Both the position numbers and the translations under genes were made by a program. A DNA stretch of 64,000 nt, taken from assembly GCA_000165345.1 (NCBI GenBank), contig CM000431.1, positions 800,001-864,000 of the forward strand, in the 5' to 3' direction. Shown in pieces: positions 49,150 to 58,700 of the stretch (position 1 is the first letter of the stretch; every line of letters starts with the position of its first letter). Below the pieces are notes generated by a model. That model worked only from the letters and a program-made list of their open reading frames with translations. It was not told the DNA's origin and did not search any database.

Positions 49150-52100
49150 GTGCAAAATTTATGTAATACTTGTTTGGAAGAAAATTTATTTCAGATCTTT
49201 TTCAGTATGGATCTATCTATATCCCCAAATTCTCTACTAAAGGAATTAATTGCAAACAAGGAATTCGTTCATATTGTCTCTACAGATGTATTGGCAGTTA
49301 CTGATAATTGTCTAGACTTTATTTGGGACGTTGGGATTAGTGGTCCCAGAGGTTCGGAAAGTAAAATATTTAATTCTAATAAACATTTGGTAGGTTTAAT
49401 AAGAAGAGGTCTTTCTTTTGGAATTAAACTTTCATTAGAAAAAGCTAAGAAATCAAAGAAGTGGTTTGAATATGATCCCAATAAAATTAAAGTTTGGATT
49501 CTCAAGCGAGGAATGGAAAAGTTTGGGGATTTACTATTTGATTTTGAAAAAAGATTGGATCAGATAACTCCTATATTAGGAGAAAACTTAAAGGGATTGA
49601 AAATTGTGGCATTGGAAAAGCTAGACGGAGAAAACTCCCAAATCTCTTACTTTGATACCACTGATCAATGGGTTATTGGTTCTAAGAATGTAACCATACT
49701 TTGTAGAGATATTAATGATTTAGAAAGTACTTTATATGCAGAAAGTAGATACGAATCTGTGAAAGTTAGTGCATACTCTTGGTTTCGTACACTGGAACAG
49801 TTCAAAGCTTGTTCTAAAGGGGATTTTGTAGCAAAAATTAATGATCTCAAGAAACTACTTATGAACAATACTTTGCTTTGCGAGACTATTGGAAATTCCA
49901 ATAGACAACATATAATTAATTATTTAGATATCACCACCCCTCAACTCTACTTCACTGGGTTGGTTTCAAAAGAAAACAAACGTGACAGCTGTTATAATCC
50001 TGTGTCTCTGATGCAATTTTTGGATCCATTTTTTTTCAAGTACACTGCCAAATTCGTTGATTTGCCTTCTCAATCCATCGTTTCTGAATCTTTAGAAAAA
50101 CGGATTTTTGGGAATATCTCAATTAGTTTCAGCCCAATCTGTTCTTTTAACAACCAAAGCTTTGACTTCCAAAGTATAGATGAACTTTGTAACTATTTAT
50201 CAGTTATACAAAGCATTATACTAACTCTAAGAACAAACACTGAAGGGATAGTGTTATATCTTATTAATTCTGGCCAAAAGTTGGATCAAGATATTGTTTT
50301 GTCTGCATTTAAGATAAAATCCCTGCAATTTTCCACTCTAAGACTTATTCGAGAAAATTTAAAGAACTCAATCATAAAGAATTTTGCAATTAATGGACTT
50401 GATGAATATAAAGAGGCAATGACACAACCTTACAAAAATCATAATTCTATCATGAAATACTCCATAGATAACTTTTGGTTCTCAGTATATAAATACTTAA
50501 TCATTTCAGTCCAAAATAATGCTGAAAACTTCTTCAATGTAATCGACAAAAACTTTAAGATTATTCGCAAACAAATTTCCAACGTTTATAATATCTTTGA
50601 CATTGAAATTGTTAATCAAATTGAGAATGAATTTGTTTTCTTCAAGCAATTACTATTATATTCTTCCATTTACTTAATAGATCAAATTATTTACTTAAAC
50701 TTGAATAACACTAAAACGGATAGTGTACAACTCTCCAGATACTTTTTTGACTCATTTTCGAGCTTTATTTCCGATATAAAGTCTCAAATATCCTGTTCCA
50801 GAAAATTAACTGGTATACCTCCGAGTATTTGCTCTACTTGTAATGTAAATTCATCCGGGTCAGTCATAGTTTCGCCTAGTCACTTTGGAAGTATTCCATC
50901 TGGATCTACTATTGAGTTTATGGTTCCTCCTTTTAACTGGTCTTGGAAAGAAATCAAGGATATGCTTTCTTCGGACTTCTCTCTTAGTCATGATACTTGG
51001 ATTCTCAACAAAGATGAATACTATGTAACTTTAGACCAAAAAGATTCCAGTGAAAGTTTTTTGTTTCCTTTTTCAAAGACAAAATATCATCTTTTTGTTA
51101 ATTTGAGACATGTATTCGATGATTGTGTATCACGAGAAAGAAACCAACTTTATAGTTACTATAAAATATTCGTTCCTAATAAGCATAAATTGTCTACAGA
51201 TAGTAATAATGAGGTTATCTTTACTAGAACTGAAAATAGTATCAAGTTGTCTACATTTAGATCCAGTTCAGTTAGACTATTCTGGAAAATGATCGGGAAA
51301 CTAGATTCTGCTACCAAGACAACTATTATAAATGAAATTGGAACTAAAGGATACAATCAGCTAAACCAAAACCAACAACTTGTAAGAAAATTAGAGACTC
51401 TCCCATTGAAGTTTCCTTGGGTTAATAAAAGTTGTACATATATCTTTCCTTCTGGTTACGCTATTAATATAAGAGACTTTGAGCACTTGCTATATGCAAT
51501 TTTTGGGTCTAGTGATTTTAAATACGTAGTAAATTCATTTTATAACTGTGAAACAAACCAAGACTTAAGCGAAACCGTTAATATTAAAGAAAGCCCAACT
51601 GGTAATGGATTAAAACTTGAAACCACTTTTGTTTTACCATGTGGAATCCCTGGTTCAGGCAAATCATTCATGCTCAAGTCATTTATCAAAAAACAAATGT
51701 CGATACGAAAAGATTCATATTATGTTTCAGCGTTAACTTCAGGAGAACATGTAACTAAATTTGATATGGAAGATGAATCCATTTACTCGCTGATTGTCTC
51801 GTCAAATAATAAGTCGAACTCTTCCAAAGATAAACGATTTGACTTGATTTTTTATGTATCCAAAGATGGATGCACAAGAAGTATATTGAATGGGTTTAAA
51901 TGGAACTATAACGCATTATTTTCCGAGAAAATTCCAAAAACATACACTAATTATAGTTTACCAGCTGATTCTTCCGAAGATTCATTGTCTGAAACAGAGT
52001 TTCGGAAATTGTCCAAAAAGTCCAAGTTTTGTATGAACTTTATAATTGAGTCTTTCATAAACCTTTGCTCAGAAATAGTCAAAGGTAATTACGAGAAAGG

Positions 52101-53817
52101 TTCAACTAAAGATGAGAGCTTTCCTGAGTGGGTTAAACATTTGAAAAGTGAATATAATTTTACCAGGAACTTAAGAATTTTAATTCTTGTGGATATGAAC
52201 CATACTCCGGATGCATTTGTCGGAATTAATGAAGATTTTAGTAGTAAATTTAAATTAACTGAAATCACCTTATATAAAGTAATTGTATTATTTATCTCCC
52301 AAGGCTTTATAAAAAGTTCTAGAAGGCCAAAAAAATGGAGATTTATCATGAGTAAAGAAGAAGTGATAATATCTATTTTAAAAATGATTAAAAGAAAAAA
52401 TCACAGTACCCTTAAGGGACTTTCTAGGAAAAGTGTAAATGTTTTACTTCATTTCCTTACTTTATACTCTCAAGTGATTAAACTTGTAAATGAAAATGGA
52501 CAGGCAATTAATTCAGTATTATCAAAGAATACCTTTAAATCATTGGGTTTTAATGGAGTTATTGAAATAAAAAATGACTATACTGAATTCAAATCTATTT
52601 TAAAAGAGAATAGTGAAATTTTTGCATCACTAAAATCGGATCTAACACAGATATTAAACAATAATATAGACCTTCAGAATACAAAAAATAGTGAGAAGAT
52701 TGTCTCTAGATTTATGGATAATCTTGAAATTCTTTCAAATTCAATCAATTCAATCCCAGATTCTTTAAATCATTTTGCTGTTAACTCATTTTATTCGTTT
52801 ATTTATTCTACATGCAATAATATCCCCTTCAAGGAATCAGAAAATAACTCAACAAAACTCTATTATAGTTTGGGAAATAATTTGATAATTAAACCATTTA
52901 ATTTGAATGTCAATCCAAAAGGAGATTTGGGTGATTACTTGTCCCGAATTCGGGGAGAGCATAACCTTACAGCAATTACTTTTGAAAACCATAAATCAAG
53001 TATAGAAGCAATTACTAAGATTTGGAATGATCATAAAGAATCACTGGAAGACACCATAAATCATGATTCTGATTCTAAAGAAGATGTTGATCACAAAGTT
53101 ATAAAACTAGAAGATATTCCAAATGATAAAAAGCATGTTACTTGCTGCTTTTTTGGACATACTACTGATTCAAACACTAAAGATAAGTCAAATGTTGAAT
53201 TTTTGCTTATTAGCAAAACCATTTCCAATTTACAAGTTTTGCTTTCTTTGCCTTTTATTGGCAGAAGTTATGACTTCCAAGTTTCATATTTGATTTTTAT
53301 TCACGGTTGGAAATTGGCATTCTTGACTGTTTCTCCTATGTCAAAACTATTTGAAATTCCATCAAATGAGACGAATTATGATATTATAATTAATGAAAAA
53401 CTTCCTAATAATTCAGTGGAAAATGAAAGTGTTAAGGAATTTAGTTCAAATCCTGAGATTGACGAATTTGAAGGAATTGGTAATAAGACAAGTTTGTTGC
53501 TAACATCCTTATTACCTTTTAGAGAAAATGGACATTCTCATATTACTTTAATTTCTGAAAAATTTAATCCTGTAATCTCAAACGTTGCAATTAACCTTTT
53601 AGGTGAAGACTTTTCAAAATTATCAAGCCTGGATGCGAATGAATATGGGGTACAGACTTTGGAAGTTCAAGTAAATGAACAGCCATTGGAGGGAATTCTG
53701 AAAAAAGGACTAAGTGAAGATGACTCTAAACTGGATCCTGTGAAAACTCTAAGAATTTTAGCAATTAGACTTTGGGATAAGAGGATAATGCTAAAAGGAG
53801 ATTTAGGATATATGTGA
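49150..53817 (+). CDS. Trl1-type (fungal/plant-like) tRNA ligase: RNA ligase/adenylyltransferase, polynucleotide kinase and 2H cyclic phosphodiesterase domains in order
   Basis: Motif I/Ia EKLDGENSQISYFDTTDQWVIGSKNVT matches yeast Trl1 [33 protein letters not shown] and FFFKYTAKF resemble motifs IV/V (EGFVI, FFFKYKF). The P-loop GIPGSGKSF lies at about aa 830. Two HxT motifs (HVTC...GHTT and HITL) lie in the C-terminal ~300 aa. The true start may be the ATG at 49207. Confidence 0.7.
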   Translation: MQNLCNTCLEENLFQIFFSMDLSISPNSLLKELIANKEFVHIVSTDVLAVTDNCLDFIWDVGISGPRGSESKIFNSNKHLVGLIRRGLSFGIKLSLEKAKKSKKWFEYDPNKIKVWILKRGMEKFGDLLFDFEKRLDQITPILGENLKGLKIVALEKLDGENSQISYFDTTDQWVIGSKNVTILCRDINDLESTLYAESRYESVKVSAYSWFRTLEQFKACSKGDFVAKINDLKKLLMNNTLLCETIGNSNRQHIINYLDITTPQLYFTGLVSKENKRDSCYNPVSLMQFLDPFFFKYTAKFVDLPSQSIVSESLEKRIFGNISISFSPICSFNNQSFDFQSIDELCNYLSVIQSIILTLRTNTEGIVLYLINSGQKLDQDIVLSAFKIKSLQFSTLRLIRENLKNSIIKNFAINGLDEYKEAMTQPYKNHNSIMKYSIDNFWFSVYKYLIISVQNNAENFFNVIDKNFKIIRKQISNVYNIFDIEIVNQIENEFVFFKQLLLYSSIYLIDQIIYLNLNNTKTDSVQLSRYFFDSFSSFISDIKSQISCSRKLTGIPPSICSTCNVNSSGSVIVSPSHFGSIPSGSTIEFMVPPFNWSWKEIKDMLSSDFSLSHDTWILNKDEYYVTLDQKDSSESFLFPFSKTKYHLFVNLRHVFDDCVSRERNQLYSYYKIFVPNKHKLSTDSNNEVIFTRTENSIKLSTFRSSSVRLFWKMIGKLDSATKTTIINEIGTKGYNQLNQNQQLVRKLETLPLKFPWVNKSCTYIFPSGYAINIRDFEHLLYAIFGSSDFKYVVNSFYNCETNQDLSETVNIKESPTGNGLKLETTFVLPCGIPGSGKSFMLKSFIKKQMSIRKDSYYVSALTSGEHVTKFDMEDESIYSLIVSSNNKSNSSKDKRFDLIFYVSKDGCTRSILNGFKWNYNALFSEKIPKTYTNYSLPADSSEDSLSETEFRKLSKKSKFCMNFIIESFINLCSEIVKGNYEKGSTKDESFPEWVKHLKSEYNFTRNLRILILVDMNHTPDAFVGINEDFSSKFKLTEITLYKVIVLFISQGFIKSSRRPKKWRFIMSKEEVIISILKMIKRKNHSTLKGLSRKSVNVLLHFLTLYSQVIKLVNENGQAINSVLSKNTFKSLGFNGVIEIKNDYTEFKSILKENSEIFASLKSDLTQILNNNIDLQNTKNSEKIVSRFMDNLEILSNSINSIPDSLNHFAVNSFYSFIYSTCNNIPFKESENNSTKLYYSLGNNLIIKPFNLNVNPKGDLGDYLSRIRGEHNLTAITFENHKSSIEAITKIWNDHKESLEDTINHDSDSKEDVDHKVIKLEDIPNDKKHVTCCFFGHTTDSNTKDKSNVEFLLISKTISNLQVLLSLPFIGRSYDFQVSYLIFIHGWKLAFLTVSPMSKLFEIPSNETNYDIIINEKLPNNSVENESVKEFSSNPEIDEFEGIGNKTSLLLTSLLPFRENGHSHITLISEKFNPVISNVAINLLGEDFSKLSSLDANEYGVQTLEVQVNEQPLEGILKKGLSEDDSKLDPVKTLRILAIRLWDKRIMLKGDLGYM

Positions 53818-53977
53818 AACTAGATATTTAAATATAGGTGATCATTTTATATATTGGTGGCACATCTACAGTTACAGCAGTAATATTAAAGAGAAGCAGG
53901 GGAATATTTCTCTTTTTTATTCAATGTTGTGTATATTTATATTTATAATTATGTATAGCTTGGTTTTAAACATGCAT

Positions 53978-55219
53978 TTACAATATAAAATAGGGGCACT
54001 TATTAGAAATGAACCAATGTTCAAAATCTTCAATAGAAATCATATTATCTGAATCCTTATCCAAATGATCGAATATGATTTCTATTTCACTTTTTGAAAT
54101 ACTGAAAGGGAAATTCAATGACTTTAATCCGTTGAATAGCTCATCCTGGTTGATTTGGCCATTTCCATCTTCATCCAAAGCATTAAAAAAACGGTGGATT
54201 TTTTTAAGCTTATATTCAGGGTCGTGATCTTTGCTTATTTTAATATTTCCCAATTCAGAATGGGAAATTTCATCTCTATTATAAATACCTAGATCTTCTA
54301 AATCCCTGCTCCCGTAATACTTGAGGATATTTAGAATCTTTCTTAGCTTTGAAGCTGCTAATATCCCAAATATAATGTTAAGTATTCCTGTAAGCCCTAC
54401 AAATAGTGACATGAGTGAGAAGTATGTAGATTGAGTTAAATATAGAGAAATGGTGCAGAGCAGAATTTGTATAGATCCTCTTCCAACTGATAGTTCTAGG
54501 AATTTGAACCAAGTGCGAACAAATATCTCTATGTGCTTGATTCGCTTCTTTTTAGATACTTCAATGATTAAAACTACAGAGGATATGGATATAATATATA
54601 GCGAGATGACTATTGCTAGCAAGTTTATTGAGATCAGTCCAAAAATGCAGTTTAGGGTACCCATCAAGAACAGGTTTGCGGTTGCTACCTGAGATAAAAC
54701 CCTGAATGATTTTTGTCCCTTAAAAACCTGATCCCTAAACTCTAAATACTGCTCCAATAGGTCCTGTTTTACTTCTAGAAATGAATTCACCGCTTCTTTC
54801 TTTAAGTTTTGAAAAAGTTCATTATCCGTTTTATCTTGGATATCAATTTTTTGTTCATACCGTTCTTTTTTCAGGAGGTGAGCACTTTCGTCGTTGCTGA
54901 GGTTCCCCTGTCCAGGTTCCCCATTTTCCTTTAAACTAACACTCTCTATCTCCCCGTCACATTTCTTCCCATTTGTATTTCCAAGGTTTACTTTGATTTT
55001 ACTTCCCTTGTCGATATTTCTCGACTTTTCGCTATGATTAGCCTTATTGTTTTCATTTTCCTGATTATTTTCCCTTTCATATTCATCCTCATAAATAACA
55101 ACGGAATCTTTGGAAGATCTGAGCTCCTTTTTGTCGGAATCTGGAGTTTTATGGTCGGGATTGTTTCTTCTCATTTCAATAAAGAATGTGAGAATAGAAA
55201 CAATATAAACATAGATCAA
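53978..55219 (-). CDS. Multi-pass membrane protein with two C-terminal EF-hands (hypothetical)
   Basis: EF-hand loops DEDGNGQINQDE and DKDSDNMISIED. Several hydrophobic helices lie in the middle. The N-terminus is charged. Confidence 0.55.
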   Translation of the reverse strand: MIYVYIVSILTFFIEMRRNNPDHKTPDSDKKELRSSKDSVVIYEDEYERENNQENENNKANHSEKSRNIDKGSKIKVNLGNTNGKKCDGEIESVSLKENGEPGQGNLSNDESAHLLKKERYEQKIDIQDKTDNELFQNLKKEAVNSFLEVKQDLLEQYLEFRDQVFKGQKSFRVLSQVATANLFLMGTLNCIFGLISINLLAIVISLYIISISSVVLIIEVSKKKRIKHIEIFVRTWFKFLELSVGRGSIQILLCTISLYLTQSTYFSLMSLFVGLTGILNIIFGILAASKLRKILNILKYYGSRDLEDLGIYNRDEISHSELGNIKISKDHDPEYKLKKIHRFFNALDEDGNGQINQDELFNGLKSLNFPFSISKSEIEIIFDHLDKDSDNMISIEDFEHWFISNKCPYFIL

Positions 55220-55743
55220 AAAGTAGTTTATTTTTAAAAAACTTAAACAAAGAAAGAAATGACAATTTTTATTATTTTTTTTCCAAATTATTCAGGCCTC
55301 TAAATCCTATACCGGCATTGGGTATCGGATTTTTTTTTATATAAAAATGCATCTACGTGGCCCCCCACAAAGTAATTAGTCCCCCCTCTTCTATAAATAT
55401 ATTTTTTATATGAAAGATTTAATATATTAGAAATTAAATAGATAAAATTTGGAGTAAATATCTTAGTAAAGAGGAGGAAAGTGAAATGAATATAGATTAA
55501 CAAATATATCTAAAATATAAACCTAGACATAAATATCCTAACTTAACTTAAATCTAAATGGTTTTTAAAATATGATTTTAAATCTGATGAATTTCTAATG
55601 TATTTTTAAACATATTCTCTTGCTAAATTAATAAAATAATAACCTTTTTACCTGAATTTCCCAGAATCTGGTAGTTTATTGCATTCATACTGAAATAGCT
55701 AGGATTTTACTCGGATTATTTTAAAGCAATTATATTCAACCCC

Positions 55744-58700
55744 TTATTCAACCACTTTTATTAGCTGGAATAGATTTCCCTTCCTCTGTAGTGCACATGT
55801 ACCTGGCTCAATAAAGTCACCTTTGACTGCATTGTGAAGAGTAATACTTGGATCCATAGGCCACCAATTAAATGGCCTTGCATACCATCCTAAAGTATTT
55901 CCAAGAGCTGTAGTTTGGGGAACATCCTCCAATGTTGGAATATGCCAAATCCCAGATGTAACCCAAGTTACTACGTCTCTATGTCGGATAACTTCATCAT
56001 CCATAATGAACGAATCAAATCTGACAGCAGGTTTTGAAGCGAATTTATTATCTCTTGGAAGATCTGCATCAAGTTCTGAGTACTTAAACACGGAAGAAGC
56101 CAAATCATACTTTGACCAAGATGCTGGTCCTGAGTAAAGCTCATGTTCAGGCATCAAGTCTGCAATAGATTTAATAGATTTTATCATAAACCCACCAACA
56201 TTCCCATAAGTTTGTAATTTTTCATCAACAACAAAGTATGCTTTAGGATGATGATGAGTTTCATTCAGCATAGAATAGGCATTTGTTTCTCTTTCTGCTA
56301 TAATTCTCTCCAAAATATGGTGTCCTTCTTTCTCAGGATCTCTCCTTACTTTAACCCAAGCTACAGAATTATCCGTATAGTCTGGTCCAAGATCAAAGTC
56401 GACCTTCCAAACAGCAAAGTGAGAGTGTAAAGCTGCCATTTGTCCAGATGGAGTAATCTGAGTCCCGTATTTCTTTTGTTTAGCAGAGAAATATGGTACT
56501 TCCAGACCTGCATATAGTTCACCTGTAAAGCTGACTCCCATTTCAAATGATCCCTGATTATACAAAATAAGGTCTACAATGTAATCGTAGTTGGAGACTG
56601 TAATAATTTGCCTGATAACTAGACTAGTAAGGGGTGCAGCATCTTTAATACCTCCAGATTTCCAATGGGATCTAATTGGTCTTCCAGTATCTAACTCGAA
56701 GATACAGGCACTGCTATCCCAGAAGATAGTCTGAGCAGTGTTTGCGCATTCAAGACCAGGATGGACTTTTCTTGCTGCTGTACCTAAACCTCCGTACCAA
56801 CTGTCCAAGAAGAACCACTGTCTTTCAAATACGGTATAATGAGCCATTGCGTCCACCATTGCAACTTCAAATGCCACTCTTCTTCCTAAAAATGTTAAAT
56901 TCCATATTTTCAGCCCACTATCACGATCATTTGTGAGAGTTAGCTCCCATCCAATCCAATTGACTGTATAAGCCTCTCTATTAGGGGATTTGAAAACTTG
57001 GAATCTTCTACCTCCAGGTTCACAATGTTCAGGTTTAGCTCTGGATTCCAATCCTCCTCTACTAAACATCTCAAGGAACTGAAGCTTTCTTAGCCTTAGT
57101 TCATTCATATGTTTTTCTCTTTGTATTCTTCTCTCTTGTAGAATATTTGGAGTTACAAGTTTTAAAGGAAGGTTGCTAAATGGAGTACCTGAGCTCTGAC
57201 TTTCTTCAATACTTGCTTTGGCTTCATTGTAAGTACTAACCAAGTCCTGAAGAGTTTTAAAAGAAGTTCCATCATACCAAATCCTATTTACCAACATCTG
57301 ATGCATCCTGTCAAACTCTATCTTTGCGTGGCCATTTCTAATGCTCTCTAATGTTGTATAAGGTGCCTTCAATTCGAAAAATATTGGACACTGATTACCT
57401 TCTTTTGTTTTCAAGCCTATCCATAGCTTTGGCTCTGCATCTTCATCCTCATCTTCTTCATCTACATCTTTTCTTTCCTGTTCTTCCTCATTCTCTGAAG
57501 TAACGTTGTGAGGTTGATAAATTATTGGACCTAATTTGACATAATCCTTTCCAAATACTTGGTCTCTGGGAAGATAATTTCCACAAGTTTCGAATACTAT
57601 CTTATCCAAAGAATTCTGTTCCAAAAGCTCTCCCAATTTAAGCATTGGAATTGAGAATCTTGTTTTTCCTTCATCATTTATTATAATCTGCTCCAGCCTC
57701 CTCCCAAAAGGTCCAGTAGGATTCCAGCCATCACATTCTACTGGTCTTGGCTCAGATATTGGATAATGTTTCATTGCTATAATTTTCTCATCTTCACTTA
57801 CGTTGCTAGTAGTGTTTGAATCTGCGACATTCCATAAGCCGATATTCTCAGTCTCTTTTTTGGTAAGAATAATAGGTCCAACTTTCCACTGATGGTAAAG
57901 ACCATTCAATCCAAGAGGATCAACCATATTTTCAGTTTCATTGCAAGATCCAAACCTAACTCTTGCATATCTCTCTGGAGGGTTTGGCTTTGGGTAAAGC
58001 TCTGGAGTCCTTTTATGTAGATCTAGGGAATCCAAATATTCATAGGCCTCAGTCTTATTCACAAACAATGTGACCCTATAAGGACCTTTTGACCCAACTG
58101 ACTCCTTTACTGAGTCAAAGTAGCTCCTAACTTTCATTTCTTCTAAATATGTCAAAGGATCAAAAGGTGTTTCCATTCCATTTTCTACTTCTGAAGGGTA
58201 TGAAGGGATATCACAAAACTTTCCAAAAGAAGAAATATCCTTTGCTGTTGCCCATATATCTGAGATAGTCATTGTTAGTCCTGTCCTACTCTGAGCCATA
58301 CAATAAATAATATACTTTTGGTTGCCTTCAATTCCATTCAAGATTAGTTGCTTTTCTTCTTTAGGATCACTTACTTCAGTATTTTGGCCATACTTTTCGA
58401 TTTCACTTGGACTTGGATACATACCTTCTGGTAGAGTTGCTACACAAGTTATCTTTCCAGGGGTATCACTCTTTACAACAATATTAAATCTTCCAAGTTC
58501 CGGTACAATCCTCGTGATCTCAATTTTTGGAACTCTATCTTTAGTTGTGACTCTCTTGGTTAAGTTTGCCAACACTTTTTCAAAGCTTATTCTATTTGAT
58601 CTTGGTAATGCTAAATCCTCTGCCAAACAGACTATATCATATTCTGTGGATGGAATTAAATTCCTAATTGATAGTTTAATATCTCCACTAATATCCTTAC

